IMG/VR virus record: IMGVR_UViG_3300046370_000603
Reading direction: 5' to 3' (one strand)
DNA: 64,000 bases
Origin: a virus
In this document: positions 1 through 9,001 of the stretch, piece by piece
How the letters are laid out: each line of letters starts with the position of its first letter
Numbering within the stretch: the first letter of the stretch is position 1
Translations under genes and position numbers: made by a program
Notes under the pieces: generated by a model
Databases searched by the model: none
Seen by the model: only the letters and a program-made list of their open reading frames with translations
What the model was told of the DNA's origin: nothing

Positions 1-1
1 A

Positions 2-3000
2 CTTACTCCAACTGAAACACCTTCGTATACTGTAACAGAAACTCCAACTTTAACTCCAACTGAAACACCTTCGTATACTGTAACACCTTCGTATACTGTA
101 ACAGAAACTCCAACTTTATCTCCAACTGAAACACCTTCGTATACTGTAACAGAAACTCCAACTTTATCTCCAACTGAAACACCTTCGTATACTGTAACAG
201 AAACTCCAACTTTATCTCCAACAACTAGCCCGACTTTCTCTCCAACTGAAACACCTTCGTATACTGTAACAGAAACTCCAACTTTAACTCCAACTGAAAC
301 ACCTTCGTATACTGTAACAGAAACTCCAACTTTAACTCCAACTGAAACACCTTCGTATACTGTAACAGAAACTCCAACTTTATCTCCAACTGAAACACCT
401 TCGGAAACTGGAACACAAACTCCATCTCCAACCCCAACAACTAGCCCGACTCCCTCTCCATCTCCAACTACAACAACTTCTCCAACTGAAACACCTTCGT
501 ATACTGGAACTAGAACGTCAACGCCAACGCCAACTTCATCATTCACAGAAACTCCTGTCACAGAAACTCCTCCGCCTAGCGAAACATATAATGTACCCAC
601 TGTAACCCCACCACCAACTCCAACAGTATATTGTTTATCAAAAACAAGTTGCATCGATGAAAAAGATATTGAGTACGGTTATTATGAAGGTGGCGATTTA
701 TCAGATGTTTATAAATTATGCGGGCATAATCAAAATAAACATTGTTTTCTTTTTGAAGAAGTTGATCCAATAGAATGTGACGGAGAAGGATTTCATAGTT
801 TAGAAAATTGCAGTCAAGATACTATCAAAGATTGTGAAGATGAACTATGCCAAAAACCAACTCCTACTCCCAGCCCTACACCAACTGTCAATTGTTATCG
901 CTTTAAAGGTTGTGATGGCAGTTTTACTTTATACAATGCAATAACTGGCTTTGCTAATTGGGACTTCCAAGGTTCCGCCTTGCAAAAATTTAGATGTCCA
1001 GGTGAAGAACTGTGCGGTGATTTTGCAGATCACATTTTTGATTGTCCAGACAAAAAAGATATTGATGTGTCAGACTGTGAGCCAATCGAGGATTGCAACC
1101 ATTGTAATCCTACACCAACTCCAGAACCTACTCCTACTTGCGTTTGTTATAGCCGTTTAGACTGTGGAGAAGAAGACCCTAAGTACGGATTTGTCTGTAG
1201 TTACGAACCTGAGGTAGAAGGTCTTAGAAAATGTGGTGAAGGACAAGAACTTCAATGCACTGAATTAGCGGTTGAAGATTATAGTCTTTGCTCCTCGCAA
1301 TTGGGACTTGCCTTGAATGGTTGTCACCCAGTTAGCGATTGTGACGCTATAGCCTGCATAAAACCTACCCCTACCCCTACTCCCACTCCTACTTGCAAAT
1401 GTTACAAAGAAACTTATTGTGAAGTTTCTGGCGGAGGCACTGAAATGGTTGTGGTTTGTGATGATAGCACCCCTCCACGTTCGGAAGTCTTTTCTGTTGG
1501 TGAAAAAGAAAATTTAAGTTGCATTTCTGATGTTGAAGAATTTCCATGCGTAAATGGTCTAACTAGTCGAAGTTACGGCGATGCTGTAAAAGTGAACAGT
1601 TGTGACGATTTGGACTGCCTCAGACCAACTCCAACCCCCACTCCAACCCCAAGCTGTAAATGCTGGGAAAGAAAACAATGTATTTGGAACAGCCAGTCTG
1701 GAGATGGTCGCTTACCAATTCCTGCAGATCCTGAGTATAACGATCATTGCTGTGAACACTTTTTTGTTTGTGATGGATCAGAACCACCTTCTGATGTTTA
1801 TTTTTGGTCTGGTAAATGCTATAGTAGTACCGAAGTAGGTAATGCATCTTGCGAGCAAGCTGGCGCTCAACCAGGAGCTAGCTTTGATGTCGATGGTCTA
1901 GAAGCTGTTGACAATTGTAGCGACCTAAAATGCAAACAATCTACACCAACCCCAACTTGTTTAAATTGTAAAAACAGTACTGAAATATGCAAGCGAGATG
2001 GTTGCGATTCAACCTTTAACGTAAAGTTATCCAACTCTGGATCTGTTAGTGTATCTGGTTCAGGGTCTATCAAGGTATTAACAAAGGACGTTTCGTTTAA
2101 CCCTGATGATGAATGTTGCAGTCGAAGCATTAGTCAACAACAAACTTGGTGCGATGCAGTTGGTGACCCCGACAGTCCTTTTCATAATCCTCCTAGTGGC
2201 GTCTGTCGATCCTACGGAGAGAGCCAAGAAAGTAGTGAAACTTTATTTCCACAAATACAAGAAGTTGAAGGTTGCATTGCAAATCCTGGAACTTCCCCAG
2301 AGGATAATAACTGGGGGCGCTGCAATGCTGGATCCGACGAGAGCATAGTTTCTTGGACGGTTCGAGAACAACAAGATGAACTTGAACTCACTGAAGATCA
2401 GATCAAGAACTGTGATTTTGATGGCATATGCGATCAGTTAGATAACTTAGGCATAACTTTGTGCGCTCAAAGTGGCGATAAAGATGCAATTAAATTTATT
2501 GGTCAAAATTGTCAATCAACTCAAGATAACGAGTTTGAGCAGCCTGTTTCTTTTTCTACAAGTTTGACTGGAAGCGGCAGGATATGCAGCATACTCTCAG
2601 AACTTACAGTGGCAGGAACCTATAACCCCTGCGAACAAAGATTAACAATTCCTAATTACACTGTAAAGATTTCAAACGGAAGGTCAGTCGTGCATCAAGC
2701 AAATTTAACAGTTGGCTTTCCAGGGTCGATAATTTTAAGTATCCCTAACGCAGATAGGACAACTCCTTTCATTCAAGTCCCAGTTGATTTTGAAAAAGAT
2801 AAGTGCCAAGTCACGATGTCGGCAAGCTTAACTTATAACCGTAACGCTCCTTTCTTAAGCACTTCTCAAACTTTGGGTCAGCTAAACGAGGGAATGCAAA
2901 ATTTAGTGAATAGTGGTGTATGTAGCGCACTCAATATGTCTTGTGTTAATTTTGATCCGACAACAAGTTTATATGATATATATAACACCTCCGATAGCTG

Positions 3001-3283
3001 TGCATCTATGAGTGATGAAGAAAAGCAGAAAGCTCATCCTAGCATTGGAAACGCTACAATTCAACAGGTGTGCGAATGTAATCAGGAAATAATAGATAAC
3101 ATACAACATTTTCAAGATACATGCGGGGAGCAATCAACATGTTCTGGAACTAGTCAGCCCGTGAGTCTTGATAATATAGCAAATAATTTTACAGGTTTTA
3201 ACGGCAAGTGTAAAATTCACGAGCTTCTATCTCCAGGTAGTTGTGGAGTTATAGATGGACATACCGCTGTTATTGTCAGTTAA
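2..3283 (+). CDS. Large Pro/Thr/Ser-repeat plus Cys-rich modular protein, 5'-truncated by the window (probable virion fibre/adhesin)
   Basis: Frame +2 is open from base 2 to the TAA at 3283, so the track's 980 start is internal. It encodes PTETPSYTVTETPTL(T/S) repeats, then Cys-rich modules separated by PTPTPTPT linkers. Confidence 0.8.
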   Translation, partial: LTPTETPSYTVTETPTLTPTETPSYTVTPSYTVTETPTLSPTETPSYTVTETPTLSPTETPSYTVTETPTLSPTTSPTFSPTETPSYTVTETPTLTPTETPSYTVTETPTLTPTETPSYTVTETPTLSPTETPSETGTQTPSPTPTTSPTPSPSPTTTTSPTETPSYTGTRTSTPTPTSSFTETPVTETPPPSETYNVPTVTPPPTPTVYCLSKTSCIDEKDIEYGYYEGGDLSDVYKLCGHNQNKHCFLFEEVDPIECDGEGFHSLENCSQDTIKDCEDELCQKPTPTPSPTPTVNCYRFKGCDGSFTLYNAITGFANWDFQGSALQKFRCPGEELCGDFADHIFDCPDKKDIDVSDCEPIEDCNHCNPTPTPEPTPTCVCYSRLDCGEEDPKYGFVCSYEPEVEGLRKCGEGQELQCTELAVEDYSLCSSQLGLALNGCHPVSDCDAIACIKPTPTPTPTPTCKCYKETYCEVSGGGTEMVVVCDDSTPPRSEVFSVGEKENLSCISDVEEFPCVNGLTSRSYGDAVKVNSCDDLDCLRPTPTPTPTPSCKCWERKQCIWNSQSGDGRLPIPADPEYNDHCCEHFFVCDGSEPPSDVYFWSGKCYSSTEVGNASCEQAGAQPGASFDVDGLEAVDNCSDLKCKQSTPTPTCLNCKNSTEICKRDGCDSTFNVKLSNSGSVSVSGSGSIKVLTKDVSFNPDDECCSRSISQQQTWCDAVGDPDSPFHNPPSGVCRSYGESQESSETLFPQIQEVEGCIANPGTSPEDNNWGRCNAGSDESIVSWTVREQQDELELTEDQIKNCDFDGICDQLDNLGITLCAQSGDKDAIKFIGQNCQSTQDNEFEQPVSFSTSLTGSGRICSILSELTVAGTYNPCEQRLTIPNYTVKISNGRSVVHQANLTVGFPGSIILSIPNADRTTPFIQVPVDFEKDKCQVTMSASLTYNRNAPFLSTSQTLGQLNEGMQNLVNSGVCSALNMSCVNFDPTTSLYDIYNTSDSCASMSDEEKQKAHPSIGNATIQQVCECNQEIIDNIQHFQDTCGEQSTCSGTSQPVSLDNIANNFTGFNGKCKIHELLSPGSCGVIDGHTAVIVS
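8..403 (+). repeat. 48-bp coding tandem repeat, about 8 units (16 aa, PTETPSYTVTETPTLT/S)
   Basis: Unit ccaactgaaacaccttcgtatactgtaacagaaactccaacttta(a/t)ct starts at 8, 56, 122, 170, 242, 290, 338 and 386 (partial), with one 18-bp internal duplication and one 24-bp insert. Confidence 0.95.
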
Positions 3284-3302
3284 TATTTTTTAAATTTAAT
3301 AT

Positions 3303-3331
3303 TTGACTTTTAATTTATTATTGTTTATAAT
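3303..3331 (+). promoter_or_regulatory. sigma70-type promoter upstream of the recA/glycosyltransferase block
   Basis: TTGACT(3303)-17 nt-TATAAT(3326). Confidence 0.75.
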
Positions 3332-3344
3332 ATTGTAAAATATT

Positions 3345-3719
3345 TTGAACTTTAATTACAAAGATGTCATATCTAAAATTCTTATTTGTCCAGAAGATAA
3401 TCGCGCAAAGTCTGCTATCAACTTTTGGAAGAAAGAAACCGTACTTTTTAAAAAACTCTTTCGTAAATTCCCAAGTGAAAAGTTTTGGTCTTCCCTACAT
3501 CTACATGATGCTCCTTGCAAAAACGGAAGAGTACCTTCTTTAGCTTTATTCTTGGATAAGAAAAATCGTCTTTGGTCTAAAATTTTATATAAAAAATGGA
3601 AAATTTTTCACTGGTCGCCTCCCAAATATCAATCTTATAAATTTAAAAAAGATATATTTGAATCAACGAACTATTCTATCAATAAAAAAACTTTAAGAAG
3701 TTTCCTGAGAAAAAAATAA
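3345..3719 (+). CDS. Hypothetical basic protein
   Basis: ORF between the promoter and recA; no recognised motif. Confidence 0.6.
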   Translation: MNFNYKDVISKILICPEDNRAKSAINFWKKETVLFKKLFRKFPSEKFWSSLHLHDAPCKNGRVPSLALFLDKKNRLWSKILYKKWKIFHWSPPKYQSYKFKKDIFESTNYSINKKTLRSFLRKK

Positions 3720-3720
3720 T

Positions 3721-4815
3721 ATGAAAGAAAATACAACAGAACAAATACAAAAATTCTTAAAAGATAAAGATAATGCGAAATATCATTATAATGATTATGA
3801 AGAATTAAACTATAAAATTCCAACAGGAAGTCTAAACCTTGACCTTGCATTGAATGGAGGTTTTTGTTCTGGCGCGCATAGGTTTACTGGCGTCAACGAA
3901 GGTGGAAAAACAAGTTGCGCTTTAACTGTTGCTAAAAATTTTCAAAAACATTTTGAAAAAGATGGTATGGTTATTTATGTTAAAAGCGAGGGTAGGTTAA
4001 GCCCTGAACTCTTGCAGCGATGCGGAATAGATCAGTCTCCTGACAAATTTTTTAAATTTGATTGTAATGTTTATGAAAAAGTTTTTGAATTACTGAGAGA
4101 ATTAATTTCTAATAACTCTGATAACAAAAAATATTTATTTATTATTGATAGTGTAGATGCTTTATGCAGACTCGCTGACTACAATAAGGCTTTTGAGGAC
4201 AGTGAGCAAGTTGCTGGCGGAGCACTAATTACTTCTGTATTTTTAAAGAAAGTGATATTACCATTAACTAAAATGGGGCATATGCTTATTTTAACATCTC
4301 AAGTGAGAGTTGAAGTTTCTACAAATCCGTATGCTTCTAGAGGAGGACCTAAAGTTAAACAGGCTGGAGGTAATGCAATCAAGCATTATGCAAATTATAT
4401 ATGTGAATTTCAGGAGCGTTATAGTACTGATATAATGTTTACCAACCCTTCAGCTACCAGAATAGAGGATAAAGGTGACCCAATAGGTCATTATTGCAAG
4501 ATAGTTTTTCGAAAAAGCGTGAATGAAAAAACAGGGGCTCAAGTTCGATACCCCATTAAATATGGTCGTAGCGACGGAAATTCAATCTGGATAGAAAAAG
4601 AAATTATTGACCTCTTAAAAAATTGGGGTTTCTTAGAGCAAAAAGGAGCTTGGATTTCTGTCGATGAAGAGCTTTTAAACAATCTAAAAAAAGAAGGTTT
4701 TGACTTCCCAGAGAAAGTTCAAGGCGAGCAAAAACTATTAGATTTTCTAGAATCTGATTTAAAAATTAGAAATTATCTTTATAATATGTTAACAGAAGAA
4801 ATATTAAATTTATAA
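3721..4815 (+). CDS. recA: RecA/UvsX-like recombinase
   Basis: IPTGSLNLDLALNGG, Walker A GVNEGGKT, Walker B FIIDSVDAL, SQVR, GGNAIKHYA. Confidence 0.9.
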   Translation: MKENTTEQIQKFLKDKDNAKYHYNDYEELNYKIPTGSLNLDLALNGGFCSGAHRFTGVNEGGKTSCALTVAKNFQKHFEKDGMVIYVKSEGRLSPELLQRCGIDQSPDKFFKFDCNVYEKVFELLRELISNNSDNKKYLFIIDSVDALCRLADYNKAFEDSEQVAGGALITSVFLKKVILPLTKMGHMLILTSQVRVEVSTNPYASRGGPKVKQAGGNAIKHYANYICEFQERYSTDIMFTNPSATRIEDKGDPIGHYCKIVFRKSVNEKTGAQVRYPIKYGRSDGNSIWIEKEIIDLLKNWGFLEQKGAWISVDEELLNNLKKEGFDFPEKVQGEQKLLDFLESDLKIRNYLYNMLTEEILNL

Positions 4816-4817
4816 TT

Positions 4818-6287
4818 ATGACAACTAAAACAAAAAAGAAAAAAGAAACTTTAAATAAAAAAAATAAAAACGATCTTATTGCTATGTTGACAAGCGGTGA
4901 AGAACAAAAAGATTCATCTACAAAAAAAACTTCTGATAAATCTGATTCAACAAAAGATAAAAGATCTGAATTAATTAAACTACTCTCAGGGGAAAGTGAA
5001 GAATCTTTAAAAATTCAAAAAGAAAGTAAAGAAGTTGTTGCTGAAAAAGACGTGCCAAAAGAAAATGAATCTGTGCAGTCAACAACAAACAACGAGTTTA
5101 ATCCTAAAAAATCTTTAGATCGTATTATAGATTTAGTATTTGAAATTACAAATGACATTGATCACATCAACGAATTTATATCGGAGGTTAAAAATAAGTC
5201 TTTGCACATTACTGAATTCAAAAAATCAGTTATATCTTCAGAGAGAAAACAATTAAATATTCCAAAAAAGAAAACTAATGATGTATTCTTAATACACTGG
5301 AATGGAAGATTTGGCAATAGAATGCATACCTATGCTTATTTGCACAATCGCGCTAAAAAATTAAATGGAGAATTATTTTTACCCTCAAATTGGGAAGGCG
5401 ATCACTTGTTTAAAAATTTAGATTATAAAATAATTGAAGATGATGAGCTTAGAAATCGCATAAACCAAACAATGCCTGAATTTGATAATTTTGAACAGCG
5501 ATTGGAAGCTACATTGGATTACAGCGCTCGCTCTGAATATGATATAAAATATATTAGTCCTGATAACCCTCAAGAAACTTATACAAAATACAATCAAGCA
5601 GTTGCAATCGATAGTGTCTCAGCGTATCATACAGAGATTTTTAAACACATGAAACTTGCTGATGTGCTAAAACTTTATGAGTTTAATGATGAAGTTAAAA
5701 ATTTAGATGTTTATAAAAGACTAGAGGACATTCAAGGCACTTATGATATTGCGCATTTGCGAAGAGATGACATCTCAGACGTAAATTACTCTTCTAATGG
5801 AGGTTATTCAACCATCAGTAAAAAATCTTATGAAAAATGTTTTGAAAAGTACGGATTTGATCCTAAAGAAATTCAGTGGACGTCTGACGATTGGTCCAAC
5901 AAATGGGGAGTTGGTAATGCAATTACTCAAGGGTTAATTTCAAGTGATCAGAGGAGCAGTTGGCGATACCCAGAGGGAACTAGCTATACAAAAGGAGTAA
6001 TTTTTGACTGGTTACCTGATTTTCTACGCATTTATTTTGCTCGTACAATTTTTAGAGCTAATTCATCCTTCAGCTTCTGGGCTTGTACCTTAGCAAAAGG
6101 TAGAGAAACACCTCCTAGAATTTTTGCCCCAAGGTTAAATAAGAGAGTGCTTTATGCTGAAACTAAAAAAGAAACAGAGTTTAATTTCGAAGAGGGCAAT
6201 CACCCTCACTGGTTATGCATTACAGGGAAAGATAGCTGCGATAATATTATATTCTCTGACGAGAAAAAACCAAAGTCTAGAAAATGA
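4818..6287 (+). CDS. GT11-like (alpha-1,2-fucosyltransferase-like) glycosyltransferase with a Lys/Glu-rich N-terminal extension
   Basis: GRFGNRMHTYA, AHLRRDD and NSSFSFWA match GT11 motifs GxLGNQ, HxRRGD, NSTFSWW. Confidence 0.7.
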   Translation: MTTKTKKKKETLNKKNKNDLIAMLTSGEEQKDSSTKKTSDKSDSTKDKRSELIKLLSGESEESLKIQKESKEVVAEKDVPKENESVQSTTNNEFNPKKSLDRIIDLVFEITNDIDHINEFISEVKNKSLHITEFKKSVISSERKQLNIPKKKTNDVFLIHWNGRFGNRMHTYAYLHNRAKKLNGELFLPSNWEGDHLFKNLDYKIIEDDELRNRINQTMPEFDNFEQRLEATLDYSARSEYDIKYISPDNPQETYTKYNQAVAIDSVSAYHTEIFKHMKLADVLKLYEFNDEVKNLDVYKRLEDIQGTYDIAHLRRDDISDVNYSSNGGYSTISKKSYEKCFEKYGFDPKEIQWTSDDWSNKWGVGNAITQGLISSDQRSSWRYPEGTSYTKGVIFDWLPDFLRIYFARTIFRANSSFSFWACTLAKGRETPPRIFAPRLNKRVLYAETKKETEFNFEEGNHPHWLCITGKDSCDNIIFSDEKKPKSRK

Positions 6288-8275
6288 TGAATAAAAAATC
6301 CCTCATAGATTTTCTTATTGGCAGCAACAAAGAAGTTGAAAAAAATACTCAAGAAAACACTGTTGCTACAGCTAATGATATTTTTTTTAAAACTCTTTAT
6401 GAAAAGAAATTGCCTCTTATCAATAAAAAAGTTATTAGTTTTTCTGTTTACGGACAAAAAAATGTTTATACTTTAGGAGCAATTAAAAACATTGAAGTAG
6501 CAAAAGAAGTTTATCCTGATTGGATTTGCAGATTCTACTGTTCTAAAGATATTCCTAATTTAAATGAATTAAAAAGCTTAGCTGAAGCGGGGAAATGTGA
6601 AGTAATTGTACTAGATTCAAAGATTTTTCCTATGTACTGGCGGTATTTTGCCAGCGACGACCCTTCCATTTCGCATGTTATATTTAGAGATACAGATTCT
6701 TTGGTGAATTTCAGAGAGCAAGCAGCTGTCTATCAGTGGTTAGCATCTGATTTTATTTTGCATAGTATGCACGATAATGATGCGGGTCATTGGTCTCCCA
6801 TCATGGGGGGCATGTGTGGATTAAAACTGCCAATTGACATAAACATGACTTCATCAATCAATGATTGGGCAAAAGCTAAAAATTACAACTTTAATTATAG
6901 TGATGACCAAAGTTTTTTATCCCAAGTGATTTTAACTAAATATATTGACAGCTGCATAGATCATCACAATAACCCTCAGTCGAGTAAATTTAAAAATTCA
7001 GTCCCATTCCCTCCTCATGCACCTTCAAAGTATGCAGACTTTGTGGGAGCTCGCACATCTGCTTTTCATTTGCGATCTCAAAATCCTAATTTAGAAAATT
7101 CTTCTAAAATATTTGTGGTCCCTCATTTAGGTCCTGGAGATCATTTTGTAGTTCGCGACTGCCTACAAGCTTTAATTGATAAGTATGAGTCTGTTGTACT
7201 ACCAGTAAAATCTCAAAACCATTTAATAGTTAGATACATGTTCGGGGGTTACTCAAATGTTACTATTGAAACAATTAATGATGACGAAGAATGTTTTGTT
7301 GTTTATCAATCAAAATATTCTCAAAGTCATAAGTTTGTCGGCTTAGGTATTAACGGAAAACATGTTGAAGAAGGCTCTTGGGGAGCTAAACCTGCATTTT
7401 TTCAAGCGGGCTTGCCGTATCAAGAAAATATTTTTAGGCCCTTGCCATGTCCCAGCACCAATTTTTCAGCTTTCAACCATCCTTTAAGACAACAAATAGA
7501 ATCTTTACTTAATCAAGTTGAAATCTCAGTTAAAGAAGAGCCTTTGGTCTCAGCAATAGTCTCTACGTATAATAGGTTTGATTATTTAATGAATACCATT
7601 AATTCAATAAAATCTCAAACTTATAAAAATTTAGAAATTATTGTTATCAATGATAAATCGACTGACGAGCAATACTATTCTTTTGATTGGAAAAAGTTCG
7701 GGGTTGATATTATCATGCACTTAGATCCAAGCAGTAAAGAAGCAATAGGATACCCTGTTCCAGGAGGTTTTCAAAGAAATTTTGGCATGAAAGCTGGCTC
7801 TGGTAGCTTATTTGCTTTTTGCGATGATGATGACATTTGGTTGCCAGATAAAATATCTGAGCAAGTCAAAGCAATGGAAACTTCAAACTGCAAAATGAGT
7901 TGTACTGATGGGCTTAGAGGTTCTGGAGTTTATGACTCAGATCAGTCTTATAAATTATACAATAAAGAAGTTTTCTTTGAAACTTTAAAAAATAAATATG
8001 CTAACACACCTTATGATTTTTCATTACATGAAAATTCTTTTCCAAAAATTTGGGATGAAGGTTTTTTTAGAATACATAATTCTGCAATCTGTAGCAGTGT
8101 TGTTATCGAGAAATCTATGTTTGAAACAGTGGGAGATTTTACACCAATGAAAGCTGCAGATGACTACGAGTACTGGAAGCGCATTATAAAACATACAAAC
8201 TGTGTATATATCGATAAACCTTTAGTTTATTATGATTCTGGGCATGGAGGTGGAATTAATTATTCTTGGTCTTAA
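6284..8275 (+). CDS. Multidomain glycosyltransferase (N-terminal GT-A-like, central HLGxGD module, C-terminal GT2)
   Basis: KVISFSVYG...FRDTDS; PHLGPGDH; VSAIVSTYNR...INDKSTD...AFCDDDDIWLPDK. Confidence 0.8.
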   Translation: MMNKKSLIDFLIGSNKEVEKNTQENTVATANDIFFKTLYEKKLPLINKKVISFSVYGQKNVYTLGAIKNIEVAKEVYPDWICRFYCSKDIPNLNELKSLAEAGKCEVIVLDSKIFPMYWRYFASDDPSISHVIFRDTDSLVNFREQAAVYQWLASDFILHSMHDNDAGHWSPIMGGMCGLKLPIDINMTSSINDWAKAKNYNFNYSDDQSFLSQVILTKYIDSCIDHHNNPQSSKFKNSVPFPPHAPSKYADFVGARTSAFHLRSQNPNLENSSKIFVVPHLGPGDHFVVRDCLQALIDKYESVVLPVKSQNHLIVRYMFGGYSNVTIETINDDEECFVVYQSKYSQSHKFVGLGINGKHVEEGSWGAKPAFFQAGLPYQENIFRPLPCPSTNFSAFNHPLRQQIESLLNQVEISVKEEPLVSAIVSTYNRFDYLMNTINSIKSQTYKNLEIIVINDKSTDEQYYSFDWKKFGVDIIMHLDPSSKEAIGYPVPGGFQRNFGMKAGSGSLFAFCDDDDIWLPDKISEQVKAMETSNCKMSCTDGLRGSGVYDSDQSYKLYNKEVFFETLKNKYANTPYDFSLHENSFPKIWDEGFFRIHNSAICSSVVIEKSMFETVGDFTPMKAADDYEYWKRIIKHTNCVYIDKPLVYYDSGHGGGINYSWS

Positions 8276-8278
8276 TTT

Positions 8279-8689
8279 GTGAAATTTAAAACTTTATCTG
8301 GAGCAACCAGAGGCATTTCTAATCTTAAAAAACATTTAATTAAATGGGATAAGCCTAGCAGAAGTAAGTTTCAATTTGAAGTTAAAAGTTTCCTAGAACC
8401 TTATTGGTGCAATCACGTAGTTTTTGAAGAGTTTCCCATCCCTGGTACAAAGTTATCTATTGATCTTTATAATGCTAATAAAAAAATAGCTATTGAAGTT
8501 CAGGGAGCTCAGCACACTCGTTATGTGCCATTTTTTCATGGGCAATATAAAAACAATTATTTAAATCAATTAAGCAGAGATAATCAAAAATTTGAATTTT
8601 GCAAAATAAACAACTTAAAACTTGTAGAAGTGTTTCCTGAAGACAAAGTATCAATTAATTTTTTCAAAAAACTAGATATTGATTTATAA
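8279..8689 (+). CDS. DUF559/Vsr-like PD-(D/E)xK endonuclease
   Basis: EEFPI...IDLY...IAIEVQGAQH...RDNQK. Confidence 0.7.
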   Translation: MKFKTLSGATRGISNLKKHLIKWDKPSRSKFQFEVKSFLEPYWCNHVVFEEFPIPGTKLSIDLYNANKKIAIEVQGAQHTRYVPFFHGQYKNNYLNQLSRDNQKFEFCKINNLKLVEVFPEDKVSINFFKKLDIDL

Positions 8690-8693
8690 CTTA

Positions 8694-8707
8694 GTGTAAT
8701 ATATATT
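8694..8707 (+). promoter_or_regulatory. GTGTA-class motif, 14 nt before the start codon
   Basis: gtgtaatatatatt-GTG(8708); the motif recurs at fixed spacing across the window. Confidence 0.6.
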
Positions 8708-8959
8708 GTGTCAAAAAATAACGAAAAAGATTTTGAAGATTTTTTTATCCCAGAAAGTTTCTTAAAGGAACTTTATGATTTAACGGGTAATTTTGATTCA
8801 AATAGGGGATTTTTATTAGCTTGCGTTGGTCAAGACGGCAGGCCCTTCATTTATCAAAAATCTGCTAATGAAATCGTTGAGCTTGGGATTCGAAAAGCTT
8901 TAGAAGATTATTTAATTGAGATTAATGAAGGCAACTCTTTAGATTTTTTAGATAATTAA
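8708..8959 (+). CDS. Hypothetical acidic protein
   Basis: ORF preceded by a GTGTA motif. Confidence 0.6.
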   Translation: MSKNNEKDFEDFFIPESFLKELYDLTGNFDSNRGFLLACVGQDGRPFIYQKSANEIVELGIRKALEDYLIEINEGNSLDFLDN

Positions 8960-8963
8960 ACTA

Positions 8964-8992
8964 TTGACAGTCTATCTTTTTTATGTTACTAT
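8964..8992 (+). promoter_or_regulatory. sigma70-type promoter of dnaB (near-leaderless)
   Basis: TTGACA(8964)-17-TACTAT(8987)-9 nt-ATG(9002). Confidence 0.75.
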
Positions 8993-9001
8993 GTTTCACT
9001 C

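Noticed and set aside
8-403. Possible CRISPR array
   Set aside because: Units are head-to-tail with no unique spacers, are multiples of 3 and are in frame. No cas operon is present.
3-440. Minus-strand repetitive ORFs (LEIKLEFLLQYTKVFQ)n
   Set aside because: They are antisense shadows of the 48-bp repeat. The + frame is continuous with the downstream Cys-rich CDS.
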